Origin: Bacteroidota bacterium
Lineage (GTDB): Bacteria > Bacteroidota > Bacteroidia > AKYH767-A > OLB10
Direction: 5' to 3'
Assembly: GCA_023251535.1 (NCBI GenBank)
Contig: JAHEYP010000018.1
Coordinates: 7,759 to 71,758, forward strand
Length of the DNA: 64,000 nt
Position 1 is the stretch's first letter. Each line of letters begins with the position of its first letter. Below the pieces are notes generated by a model, which had not been told where the DNA came from, made no database searches, and saw only the letters and a program-made list of their open reading frames with translations. A program made the position numbers and the translations under genes. Positions 28,501-36,686 of the stretch are shown here, piece after piece.

Positions 28501-29080
28501 CAACACAAACGAAAGCAATAGGAATATTTGAGAATGAAGGTGAACTATTACCTTGAGCAAGGATATTGTTCAACGTTGCTTCGATATACAAAACCGAATT
28601 CGATGCACAAGGGTTGCTAATTGTGGTAATAGAACAGTTACGGCAGCAAATGCTGTAGCTGAATACCCAATCTGCTCTTTGTGACGGTAGCGTTACTGTT
28701 CCTCTGTAAATCCATTTTCGAATACCGGTTGTTGTTCCTCCATTACATGTGGAATTCGAGCTAACACAAGGCACAGTGATTTCTACACCGTTGCCTGATG
28801 CAACTTTAGTACATGTAACATTGAAATTTGAACTTCCGGATACGGATTTGCAATTGACAGTAATATCTGCAGGTTCTGCAACACCGCCGCAGTCTCTGTA
28901 AAATGTTACTTCAATTTCATACTGATTTCCTCCCAGAGACCGGTACTTAATGTCAGATCCTGCCGCATGTGTGGCGAAGGCTTTTTGCTGCCCTAAGAGC
29001 GCTAGGGAAATGAAAAATGCCACAAAAAACAGAATTCTGCTTGTTGGGAATTGTAACGAATGTCTCATACTTCTACGCAT
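22595..29080 (-). CDS. Large SprB-repeat surface protein with T9SS type B C-terminal domain
   Basis: Signal peptide; N-terminal head (THAAGSDI..FYRDC); 20 counted ~75-aa units (C..GG..PY.Y.W..G.YTVTVTDANGC); CTD IPNGFSPNHDGTND..YNRWG..GTYYFIL. Confidence 0.92.
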   Translation of the reverse strand: MRRSMRHSLQFPTSRILFFVAFFISLALLGQQKAFATHAAGSDIKYRSLGGNQYEIEVTFYRDCGGVAEPADITVNCKSVSGSSNFNVTCTKVASGNGVEITVPCVSSNSTCNGGTTTGIRKWIYRGTVTLPSQRADWVFSYSICCRNCSITTISNPCASNSVLYIEATLNNILAQGNSSPSFSNIPIAFVCVGQSFNYNHGVIDIDGDSLKYELIAPKTSATSNVSFISPASVTTPIASSTPFSLNSVTGDFNFTPSQIQIGVMAIRVKEYRNGQLIGSVIRDMQIYTQTCNNNLPTISGINGGNNFSATICPGQSYCFTVNSADLDASQVVSMTTNNGIPGATYTISGGNRPTLTFCWTPTNADIDLNPKTFTVTVRDNACPNNGIQTYSFNIYVPSPFFNLTSTNISCNGYTTGTATATPVYSGNYTYLWNTGSTSTSLSNLAAGTYSVTATDISGCSATKSVTITEPSGMTLTNTQVNPSCGNVNNGSVDLSVTGGVAPYSYSWSNGATTQDISLVGAGTYTVTVTDGNSCTKSLTATLNNSYAISATATATDAACFGQNTGSVNVNVTGGTAPISYSWNNGASTQNLSNTAAGNYSVTITDANGCTTTASASIAQPTATISCTLSKTDILCNGIPTGNITSNTTGGTAPYTYSWSNGATTADISNLSAGTYTLTVTDSHNCTKTAAITITQPLAALAISSTSTDVKCHGDLTGSINTTTTGGTTPYTYLWNSGATTPSLSNIAAGTYTITTTDANGCSATLTVNISEPSASLSGSMNSTNINCNGDQTGVAGITATGGTTPYNYQWNTGATTSQLTNIGSGIYTVTVTDQNGCQLTNSTTLTQPAAALSLAITSTDVSCYNLGNGSISTQVSGGTTPYTYAWSNGSSSPNLSDINNGNYNVTITDANGCSTTGSKFISQPSAELTGTLTSTNVACNNTNSGSISLAVTGGTTPYAYNWSNGTTAADNNSLVAGTYTVTVTDANGCSFTQSATLTEPSTPLSVTETHQNINCLGNGAGAINAIAAGGTAPYTYLWSNGTTTAENTYLPEGTYTLTVTDQNGCTASVSATITQPSGYLTSSGTATNINCFGGNNGAIDVTTTSGTAPYTFQWSSGETVEDLSNLSAGNFTITITDANGCLLINQYHVTQPESALAGTISSTAVLCYGESTGALDLTVTGGTAPFNFTWNNGATTEDLSALATGSYSVNITDANGCTTSASANVDQPQAPLSLEAEAQNIGCFNDNSGSINVTITGGTAPYTYAWNNGETTSNISGLAEGTYNLTVTDANGCQLTQSFTLTQPAAALAVSPLTTAVDCNGNSTGNIDLQPSGGTQPYTIVWGTGSTGNLLGNIPAGSYQYTVTDANQCTVSGTITINEPAAALALTSSNTQVNCFGDNTGSIDLTVSGGTSPYNYAWDNGASSEDISNISSGNYAVIVTDANGCKFNKTYAIQQPAAALSQQGAVTNAGCFASTNGAIIVNASGGTSPYSYSWNNGETTQNLQSLAAGNYSVLITDANGCTSTSVYIVNEPAQALTSGTSTTNVNCFAATTGSISVSTSGGTSPYTYSWNTGATTSTLSNVGAGNYTVTITDANGCTYSSTASIQQPSATLGTTYLVQDVACFGGSTGIIHTVPSGGTAPYTYNWNTGAATADITNLAAGTYNLTITDANGCTFSQAVSVSQPVAAVSSTVTNTNVNCHGDQTANIDLTVAGGLGNYTYQWSNGQSTQDLTNVGAGTYSVVIMDQNGCTNNNTVTITEPSVSLFIGATNTPVGCFGMQNGAINLQINGGTGPYTYLWNNGSTADNLSNIGAGNYTVTVTDANGCSSTQSTALQQPTSAISATATATAANCTGTQMGSITIASTGGTAPYSYVWNTGATTQNLTNAAPGTYTVTITDAAGCQITKSATVTDITNIAIHTTGAPEICMGTMLTIYGDSIQGATYQWFYNGTALNGTDAPNFTTPVAGIYTMTVTTSCGTYTSNPIEVIVRSLNNVSVNNDVIICGGESVQLHASGGMDYSWSPVTGLDHTTIPDPIASPVHTTAYTVTVKDQYGCTATATVNVTVMCDTLDIPNGFSPNHDGTNDYFVIDGIDGYPGNVLFVYNRWGNLVYKQKDYDNKWEGRSNVNGVMYGQELPNGTYYFILNLNIDEKPVNGFVVIRR

Positions 29081-29129
29081 GATTAGTGAGTTTAGATGTT
29101 GGTTTTGTCAGACTTTTTGACTTCCCTTT

Positions 29130-29155
29130 ATTCGTAAATCACTGAAAAACGTTAC
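29130..29155 (-). promoter_or_regulatory. Candidate ECF-sigma promoter GTAAC-N16-CGAAT upstream of the SprB-like gene
   Basis: Minus strand reads gtaac-gtttttcagtgattta-cgaat; same spacing as the motifs at 993 and 61115. Confidence 0.45.
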
Positions 29156-29197
29156 CTTTTTTGCTAAATATTATTTCTTTAATTAGATGTAACCTTC

Positions 29198-29238
29198 TAA
29201 AAAGAAATCCCGTAAGAAGTCATGACTTCTTACGGGAT
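29198..29238 (-). terminator. Terminator of crtI-crtB: perfect 32-bp palindrome followed by a U-tract on the minus strand
   Basis: ATCCCGTAAGAAGTCA/TGACTTCTTACGGGAT (29207-29238); minus strand continues ttctttttag. Confidence 0.75.
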
Positions 29239-29337
29239 AGTTGAGTAGTTTGTTTTCTTTTCGATAATTTTCTGTGTTTTTGTTTAGTGCAATATGCGCA
29301 CTGTTTTTAGTGGAAATTGCTCAAAAACACTCAAATC

Positions 29338-30171
29338 TTACAAATAGTTTAAGCGGAATTTAAACCAACTGGCAAATAAAAGTGCAAACTTTTCTTTGTT
29401 TGGAACTCTAACTCTGGCATGTTTGATGGAGCAAGCTGATTCTTTTTTTATCTTCTTAAGTAGTGCTTGATAGTAAATATATGCTACATAAACTCCAAAT
29501 CGTGCTTCAATTGGTAATCGTTTTATGCCTTCAAGCGCTTCTTTGAAGTCGTTCTCAATTTCTGCTTCAATTTCTTTTTTAGTGCTTTCGGTGAAGAAGT
29601 TAAAGTCAACTCCCGGGAAATAAACACGTCCTCTTTCCGAGAAATCACTTTTCATGTCGCGAAGGAAATTTACCTTTTGGAAGGCTGCTCCTAGCTTACG
29701 CGCAGGGTCTTTAAGTTCTTGATATGATTTTTCATCTCCGTTGCAGAACACCTTTAAACACATCAATCCAACCACTTCAGCCGATCCGTAGATGTATTCG
29801 TTATAGGCATGTGCGTTGTAGGTATTATTGTGAAGGTCCATTTCCATACTATGTAGAAATGCTTCAATCAACTCTTTATCGATGTTGTATTTATGCACAA
29901 CTAGTTGAAACGACTGCAAAACGGGATTTGTACTAATTCCTTCTTCAATTGCGAGGTAAGTATCCTTTTTAAAGCGTTCAAGCAGCTCAGCTTTATTGTA
30001 GTTGTGGAAACTGTCTACTATCTCGTCGGCTACTCTTACAAATCCGTAAATGGAATAGATAGGATCATGGAGCTTTTTGTGAAGAGTCCTGATGCCTATA
30101 GTAAAAGAGGTGCTATAGCTCGAGGTAATATAGCGACTTACCTTTAAGCTTACTTGATTAAATAATTCCAT
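29338..30171 (-). CDS. crtB: Phytoene synthase
   Basis: YSTSF, GFVRVADEIVD, YIYGSAEVVGLMC, AFQKVNFLRDMKSD, GRVYFP. Confidence 0.93.
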   Translation of the reverse strand: MELFNQVSLKVSRYITSSYSTSFTIGIRTLHKKLHDPIYSIYGFVRVADEIVDSFHNYNKAELLERFKKDTYLAIEEGISTNPVLQSFQLVVHKYNIDKELIEAFLHSMEMDLHNNTYNAHAYNEYIYGSAEVVGLMCLKVFCNGDEKSYQELKDPARKLGAAFQKVNFLRDMKSDFSERGRVYFPGVDFNFFTESTKKEIEAEIENDFKEALEGIKRLPIEARFGVYVAYIYYQALLKKIKKESACSIKHARVRVPNKEKFALLFASWFKFRLNYL

Positions 30172-31639
30172 CTTCCTGTAAAATTCTTTCGGTTACTAAT
30201 CGTGAACTGATAACTACAATGGGTAATCCGGTGCCTGGCACAGTGCTGGCACCCACATAATATAAGTTACTTAATTGTTCGTCTTTGTTTTTCGGACGAA
30301 ATCCTCCGATTTGATTTAATCCGTGGGCTAATCCTAATCCACTGCCTTTATACAAATTGAATTTGTCTTGCCAATCAATTGGGTTTAATACTGTTCTGCT
30401 GACCGTATTCGCTTTTATATCATACCCAACTCGTTTAGAAAGGTCTTCAATAATTGTGTCAGCCAGATTTTCACTGTCAGTCCAGTCTGGTTTGTATCTT
30501 AAATCAGGAACAGGACAAAGTATAAACAGATTTTCATGTCCTTCAGGAGCGCAAGCTGGATTAGAACGAGAGCTTACATTTACGTAGTAGTAAGGCTTAT
30601 TCGGACTAACTGATGTTTTGAAAATTGTATCTGCATAATCCTTGAAATTGTTACCGAGGAAATAATTATGATGATGCAAATTTTCAAGTTTTCCTTTAAC
30701 TCCTAAATAAATGGTGAAAGGAGCAAGGGTCCATTCAAGTTTGTCGAGTTTTTGGGGTGTAAACTCCTTACGATTTAATACTTGTCCACGGAAAGAAGCC
30801 GCATCGCCGTTGCAAACGATATGATCGCCGGTGAACTTTCTTCCTTCTTCGGATATGGCTGCCGTTAGTTTCCCGTTGGTTTCTTCGATGGCAGTAATGT
30901 TGGTGTTAAAGTGAAATTTAACCCCTCGTTGATCTAAAATCTTCTTGATTTCAGTTACGATCTTATACATGCCGCCCTCTACGTTCCAGTAACCATCGTG
31001 CTTTAACTCAGTGTAATTCAATAAACTATATACAGCAGGAGTTTGAAAAGGAGTGGAGCCTAGGAAGAAAGAAACCAAGGAAAAGATAACTTTCACTTCT
31101 TGTGAATCGAAGTTTCTTTCAAGTTCGCTCCACATCGATCGGAACATTTTCGGACCATGTTTCACGGGAACCTTTGTCAGTTGAAGCAAATAATCGAGCT
31201 TAGAACTGAAATTTCTATTAACTACAATATTTTCGGTATCGTGAAATAATTGTCCCGCTTCGTTAAGGTATTTTTCGGTTTTCTCAGCTAGTGATGACTC
31301 GATTCCTTTGAATTCATTCGCCAGCTTTTGAAGATCCTTATAAATCAAAAACGGCTTATCGCGATTTTCGAAGTGAACAGCATAAAGAGGGTTTAACTCT
31401 CTGATTTTAAGTGGGTTTTCAACTCCGCACGATTCGAAAAGCTCTTTAAATTCATAACTCATACTAAAGAAAGAAGGGCCTAAATCAAAAGAAAAACCAT
31501 CTTTTTCCATTAGATTTAATCGACCTCCTGCTTGATGATAGCGTTCAACCACTTCAACTTCATAACCCTTTGATGTCAAGCGTAATGCGGTAGCAAGAGC
31601 ACCCAAACCTGAACCGATAATTAAAACCTTCTTTTTCAT
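30158..31639 (-). CDS. crtI: Phytoene desaturase family carotenoid dehydrogenase
   Basis: FAD motif IIGSGLGAL, AGGR..GFSFDLGPS, C-terminal YYVGASTVPGTGLP; start set at MKKKVL; overlaps crtB by 14 nt; exact subfamily (CrtI versus related desaturases) uncertain. Confidence 0.8.
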   Translation of the reverse strand: MKKKVLIIGSGLGALATALRLTSKGYEVEVVERYHQAGGRLNLMEKDGFSFDLGPSFFSMSYEFKELFESCGVENPLKIRELNPLYAVHFENRDKPFLIYKDLQKLANEFKGIESSLAEKTEKYLNEAGQLFHDTENIVVNRNFSSKLDYLLQLTKVPVKHGPKMFRSMWSELERNFDSQEVKVIFSLVSFFLGSTPFQTPAVYSLLNYTELKHDGYWNVEGGMYKIVTEIKKILDQRGVKFHFNTNITAIEETNGKLTAAISEEGRKFTGDHIVCNGDAASFRGQVLNRKEFTPQKLDKLEWTLAPFTIYLGVKGKLENLHHHNYFLGNNFKDYADTIFKTSVSPNKPYYYVNVSSRSNPACAPEGHENLFILCPVPDLRYKPDWTDSENLADTIIEDLSKRVGYDIKANTVSRTVLNPIDWQDKFNLYKGSGLGLAHGLNQIGGFRPKNKDEQLSNLYYVGASTVPGTGLPIVVISSRLVTERILQEDGII

Positions 31640-32008
31640 AGTAATCGAAAGGATAACAGTCGAATACACCATATTGTTTAGGCTTGTTTAAAAAAAGCAA
31701 ACAAAAAGTTAAACAGATGCTGATTTTCAATGAGTTTTGTCAATGACAATGTTCAGTAAAATATCTGCGATTTAATTACCCGATTTTGTTGTTTTGTATA
31801 GATTTGAATGACAGCTTTTTAGGGAAGCATCTTGAGTGATTTTCAGACTATAAATTGTACAAAAAACGGATAAAGTGATACCCTCTTTTGTTTTAAGCGA
31901 AAATCCCCTCGTATTTACTGTTTTGGCATCTAAAAAAGCGTAATTTCGCACACGCAACCGGTAACTATTCTTCATTTGAGTTGTTACCTCTTCTCAAAAC
32001 ATTAAAAA

Positions 32009-32389
32009 ATGGTATTACTAAGTACTCCAGTCGATTACCTTCCAATAGCAATGATGTTTGTTGTGGCAATCGGTTTCGTTTTGTTTGTGATGTTCGCAAC
32101 ACATTGGATGGGTCCGAAGCACAAATCGAAAGTGAAGTTAGAAGCATTTGAGTGCGGAATTGAGTCGAAAGGCAATTCCCGTTTACCTTTCTCCATTAAA
32201 TATTTCCTCATTGCAATCTTGTTTGTTTTATTTGATGTGGAGGTAATCTTTATGTACCCTTGGGCAGTGAATTTTGCCGAGTGGAGCAAGCATGGCTTAG
32301 CTGCTTTCGGCGAAATGTTAGTGTTCCTAGGATTATTAGTATTCGGTTTAATTTACATCATTCGTAAAGGTGCCCTTAAGTGGGAGTAA
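32009..32389 (+). CDS. nuoA: NADH-quinone oxidoreductase subunit A
   Basis: FECG, FVLFDVEVIFMYPWA, KGALKWE. Confidence 0.96.
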   Translation: MVLLSTPVDYLPIAMMFVVAIGFVLFVMFATHWMGPKHKSKVKLEAFECGIESKGNSRLPFSIKYFLIAILFVLFDVEVIFMYPWAVNFAEWSKHGLAAFGEMLVFLGLLVFGLIYIIRKGALKWE

Positions 32390-32411
32390 TATTGCTGATA
32401 TTCGAAAAGAT

Positions 32412-32948
32412 ATGTCACAAAAAGTTGAAAAATTAGATGGATTTGAAGGGCCGGGTTTTCTGGCTACTTCCCTCGATAAGGCCGTAGGATTAGCGCGTAA
32501 AAATTCGCTTTGGCCATTGCCATTCGCTACTTCATGCTGCGGAATTGAGTTCATGGCTACTATGGCATCTACATACGATTTAGGTCGTTTTGGTGCTGAG
32601 CGTTTGAGCTTCTCTCCTCGTCAAGCTGATTTGTTGATGGTGATGGGAACTATCTCTAAGAAGATGGGTCCAGTTTTGCGTCAGGTGTACGAGCAAATGG
32701 CTGAGCCGAAATGGGTGTTAGCTGTTGGTGCTTGTGCAACTACGGGTGGGATTTTCGATACTTATAGCGTGTTGCAAGGAATCGATCGTATCATCCCTGT
32801 TGATGTTTACGTGCCTGGTTGTCCTCCTCGTCCCGAGCAAATCTTAGACGGCGTATTGAAGATTCAGGAGCTTGTGCAAAATGAATCTCGTCGCAGAAGA
32901 GAGTCGCCTGAGTACTTGGAATTACTTGCTTCTTACGGAATTGAATAG
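32412..32948 (+). CDS. nuoB: NADH-quinone oxidoreductase subunit B
   Basis: ATSCCGIE, SPRQAD, GAC, VPGCPPRPE (N2 ligands); ATG at 32412. Confidence 0.96.
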   Translation: MSQKVEKLDGFEGPGFLATSLDKAVGLARKNSLWPLPFATSCCGIEFMATMASTYDLGRFGAERLSFSPRQADLLMVMGTISKKMGPVLRQVYEQMAEPKWVLAVGACATTGGIFDTYSVLQGIDRIIPVDVYVPGCPPRPEQILDGVLKIQELVQNESRRRRESPEYLELLASYGIE

Positions 32949-32975
32949 TGTAATTCAGGAATAGAAAAATTGACT

Positions 32976-33479
32976 ATGTCGAATATTACAGCAGAGTTGG
33001 CAATTGAAAAACTGAATAATCAGTTCGGTGATCAAATTATTTCTTCGGAGATGCTTTATGATTTTTTAACGGTTACCGTTGCCAGGAAAAGTGTGAAAGA
33101 TGTGATTAAGTTTTTGCATGATGATGCAGAGCTGAATTGTCATTTTTTAACTACGATGTGCGGATTGCATTACCCTGATCAAGCGGAGCAATTCGGAATG
33201 ATGTATCAACTACATAATATGGTTGCGAATTTCAGAATCAGAATCAAGACGTTTACCTCTGATGCAGAGCCTGCATTCGAAACACTAACTGATATATGGC
33301 CTTCGGCGAATTGGATGGAGCGTGAAGCTTATGATTTCTTCGGATTTCGTTTTCACGGACATCCTAAAATGAAAAGAATTCTGAATATGGATTCTTTGGA
33401 AGGTTGGCCGCTGAGAAAAGAATTCCCTCTTGAAGATCCTTTCCGTGCCGATAAGGATGATAAAATGTTCGGTCGTTAA
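32976..33479 (+). CDS. nuoC: NADH-quinone oxidoreductase subunit C
   Basis: ANWMEREAYDFFG..GHP..RIL..PLRKEFP. Confidence 0.95.
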   Translation: MSNITAELAIEKLNNQFGDQIISSEMLYDFLTVTVARKSVKDVIKFLHDDAELNCHFLTTMCGLHYPDQAEQFGMMYQLHNMVANFRIRIKTFTSDAEPAFETLTDIWPSANWMEREAYDFFGFRFHGHPKMKRILNMDSLEGWPLRKEFPLEDPFRADKDDKMFGR

Positions 33480-33502
33480 TCAGCTTCATTACAGAAGACA
33501 AC

Positions 33503-34711
33503 ATGAATTCAACTACAAATGAAATTATAAAAGAGAAGGAGTATACTACTCTGAATCTTGGTCCTACACACCCTGCAACGCATGGTATTTTTCAGAATGT
33601 AATGAAGATGGATGGTGAGCTGATTGTTGAAGCTGAACCTACCATCGGTTATATTCATAGGGCATTCGAGAAATTGGCAGAACGTCGCCCTTTCTCGCAA
33701 ATAACTCCGATCACTGATCGTATGAATTATTGCTCATCTCCTATTAATAATATGGGATGGCATATGACAGCAGAGAAATTAGCAGGCATCGAAATTCCGA
33801 AGCGTGTTCAGTATCTCCGTGTAATCATCATGGAATTATCGCGTATCGCCGATCATATTATTTGTAATTCGGTAATTGGGGTAGATAGCGGAGCAATGAC
33901 AGGGTTCCTTTATGTGTTCCAATGGAGAGAGGATATCTATGAGATTTTTGAAGAGTTATGCGGTGCACGTTTAACTACTAACATCGGGCGTATCGGTGGA
34001 CTAGAACGCGATTTTTCGCAGAAAGCTTGGTTGAAGATCGAACGATTGTTGAAAGATCTTCCAGGCGGATTAAAAGAATTTGAAAACCTGTTGGTGCGTA
34101 ATCGCATTTTCATGGATCGTACTATAAAATGTGGACCAATTTCAGCAGACCGCGCGCTAGCTTACGGATTTACTGGTCCGAATTTAAGAGCTGCCGGAGT
34201 TGATTATGATGTTCGTGTTATGAATCCATATTCTTCTTACCAAGATTTCGATTTCATTGTTCCTATCGGAACGAATGGCGATACTTACGACCGATTTATG
34301 GTTCGTGAAAATGAAATGTGGCAAAGTATGAGTATCATCAAACAAGCAATGGAAAAATTAGATCGTCTCGATGATAAAACATCCTTCCATGCTGAAGTTC
34401 CTGAGTATTTCTTGCCTGAAAAAGACGAAGTGTATAATACAATGGAAGGCCTTATCTGGCATTTCAAAATTATTATGGGAGAAACACAAATGCCGAAAGG
34501 AGAAGTGTACCATAGTGTTGAAGGTGGAAATGGTGAGTTAGGATTTTATTTAGTGAGCGATGGCGGAAGAACACCTTACCGTTTGCATTTCCGTCGCCCT
34601 TGCTTCATATATTATCAAGCATATCCTGAAATGGTGAAAGGCGCATTCTTAAGTGATGCTATCTTAACCATGAGTTCAATGAATGTAATTGCGGGTGAGT
34701 TAGACGCGTAA
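33503..34711 (+). CDS. nuoD: NADH-quinone oxidoreductase subunit D
   Basis: LNLGPTHPATHG, GYIHRAFEK, DRMNY, GELGFY, C-terminal GELDA. Confidence 0.96.
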   Translation: MNSTTNEIIKEKEYTTLNLGPTHPATHGIFQNVMKMDGELIVEAEPTIGYIHRAFEKLAERRPFSQITPITDRMNYCSSPINNMGWHMTAEKLAGIEIPKRVQYLRVIIMELSRIADHIICNSVIGVDSGAMTGFLYVFQWREDIYEIFEELCGARLTTNIGRIGGLERDFSQKAWLKIERLLKDLPGGLKEFENLLVRNRIFMDRTIKCGPISADRALAYGFTGPNLRAAGVDYDVRVMNPYSSYQDFDFIVPIGTNGDTYDRFMVRENEMWQSMSIIKQAMEKLDRLDDKTSFHAEVPEYFLPEKDEVYNTMEGLIWHFKIIMGETQMPKGEVYHSVEGGNGELGFYLVSDGGRTPYRLHFRRPCFIYYQAYPEMVKGAFLSDAILTMSSMNVIAGELDA

Positions 34712-34746
34712 GTATTAATAGAGTTTTAATAGAAAAAGATTATTCT

Positions 34747-35292
34747 ATGAGTGCAGATAAAGAAATAAAGTTCAGCGATGATGCGTATGCATTGGTGCAG
34801 AAAATTATAAAACGTTATCCTGAGGGGAAACAGAAGTCGGCTTTGATTCCAGTATTGCATGTTGCGCAAGCGGAGTTCAACGGATGGCTTAGTGCACCTG
34901 TGATGGATTATGTAGCTTCTTTGTTAAATATTACTTCCATCGAAGTATATGAAGTAGCCTCATTCTATACAATGTTTAACTTGAAGCCTGTAGGTAAGTG
35001 CGTAATTGAAGTTTGTCGCACTGGTCCTTGTTGGTTGATGGGAGCAGAAGATTTAGTGAAGTACCTCGAGAAAAAGTTAGACATTAAAGAAGGTCAAACA
35101 ACAGCCGACGGAATGTTTACTTTGAAAACTGCTGAGTGCTTAGCGTCGTGCGGAACAGCGCCGATGATGCAAATAGGAGAGAAGTACCACGAGAATTTAA
35201 CACTTAATAAAGTTGATCAAATTCTTGATGAGTGCAGAGCTACAGTTATTGAACCAATTTCACATTGGTCGAAAAAAGAAATTAAAGCATAA
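34747..35292 (+). CDS. nuoE: NADH-quinone oxidoreductase subunit E
   Basis: EVASFYTMF, CRTGPC, ECLASCGTAP (N1a ligands). Confidence 0.96.
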   Translation: MSADKEIKFSDDAYALVQKIIKRYPEGKQKSALIPVLHVAQAEFNGWLSAPVMDYVASLLNITSIEVYEVASFYTMFNLKPVGKCVIEVCRTGPCWLMGAEDLVKYLEKKLDIKEGQTTADGMFTLKTAECLASCGTAPMMQIGEKYHENLTLNKVDQILDECRATVIEPISHWSKKEIKA

Positions 35293-35327
35293 TTAATATC
35301 CTTTGAAAAAGGAATTAATCGTTTGAT

Positions 35328-36674
35328 ATGGGACGTAAATTACTAACCGAAAATATAAATGTACCAGGCATTCAAAGTCTGAGTGTATATCGTCAACAAG
35401 GCGGATACGAGACTTTGAAGAAAGCGTTGGGCATGACATCTGATGCGATCGTTGAAGAGGTGAAAAAATCCGGACTTCGTGGTCGTGGTGGTGCAGGTTT
35501 CCCTACGGGAATGAAATGGAGTTTCTTGGCAAAGCCGGAAGGTGTGCCTCGTCACTTGGTGTGTAATGCCGATGAGTCGGAGCCAGGAACTTTTAAAGAT
35601 CGCTACATGATGGAGCGTATTCCTCATCTTCTTATCGAAGGTATGGCCATCGGAAGTTTTGCATTAGGTGCGCATTCTTCGTATATCTATATTCGAGGTG
35701 AAATGATGTATGTTTTTCATATTCTTCAACGTGCAATCGATGAAGCTTATGAAGCAGGATTGCTCGGAAAAAATATCATGGGCAGCGGATACGATTTCGA
35801 TCTTTATGTTCATTGTGGTGCTGGTGCTTATATCTGCGGAGAAGAAACTGCATTAATCGAATCGCTAGAGGGAAAACGTGGTAATCCGCGTATCAAACCT
35901 CCATTCCCTGCTATCAAAGGTTTATGGGAGCGTCCTACCGTAGTGAATAACGTTGAAAGTATCATGGCCGTAGTTCCTATTATCAAAATGGGCGGTGATG
36001 AGTATGCTAAAATCGGTATCGGAAAAAGTACAGGCACTAAATTGATTTCTGCCTGCGGACATATTAATAAACCCGGCGTGTATGAAATCGAATTAGGAGT
36101 TCCTGTTGAAGAGTTTATTTATTCAGATGAATATTGCGGTGGTATTCGCAACGGAAAAGAATTGAAAGCAGTTGTTGCTGGAGGTTCTTCTGTTCCTGTA
36201 TTGCCGAAAGATTTAATATTAAAGTTAGCAAACGGTGAACCGCGTTTGATGTCGTACGAATCGTTGTCGGAAGGCGGATTTGCTACGGGAACAATGTTAG
36301 GTTCTGGAGGATTTATTGTGATGGATGAAGATACCAGCATCGTAAAAAATCTGTGGACATTCACTCGTTTCTATCACCATGAAAGTTGCGGACAATGTAG
36401 CCCTTGTCGCGAAGGTACAGGATGGATGGAGAAATTACTCCATAAAATCCTCGACGGACATGGAACATTATCTGATGTGGATTTACTATGGGAAATTCAG
36501 TCGAAGATCGAAGGAAAAACTATTTGTCCGTTAGGTGATGCAGCAGCATGGCCTGTGGCAAGTGCAATTCGTCACTTCCGTCATGAGTTCGAAGAGTATG
36601 TGAAGAATCCGCAAAACATAAAAAAAGATCATCATTACTATCGTGTGAATAATATTTCACCGGAGTTTGCATAA
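35328..36674 (+). CDS. nuoF: NADH-quinone oxidoreductase subunit F
   Basis: GLRGRGGAGFPTG, NADESEPG, YICGEETAL, ESCGQCSPCREG..TICPLG. Confidence 0.97.
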   Translation: MGRKLLTENINVPGIQSLSVYRQQGGYETLKKALGMTSDAIVEEVKKSGLRGRGGAGFPTGMKWSFLAKPEGVPRHLVCNADESEPGTFKDRYMMERIPHLLIEGMAIGSFALGAHSSYIYIRGEMMYVFHILQRAIDEAYEAGLLGKNIMGSGYDFDLYVHCGAGAYICGEETALIESLEGKRGNPRIKPPFPAIKGLWERPTVVNNVESIMAVVPIIKMGGDEYAKIGIGKSTGTKLISACGHINKPGVYEIELGVPVEEFIYSDEYCGGIRNGKELKAVVAGGSSVPVLPKDLILKLANGEPRLMSYESLSEGGFATGTMLGSGGFIVMDEDTSIVKNLWTFTRFYHHESCGQCSPCREGTGWMEKLLHKILDGHGTLSDVDLLWEIQSKIEGKTICPLGDAAAWPVASAIRHFRHEFEEYVKNPQNIKKDHHYYRVNNISPEFA

Positions 36675-36686
36675 GAATTAAGCAGT

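Noticed and set aside
31772..32147. Short minus-strand ORFs (31772-31975, 31965-32147) in the crt/nuo promoter region
   Set aside because: No motifs; they overlap the nuoA promoter and start; likely spurious
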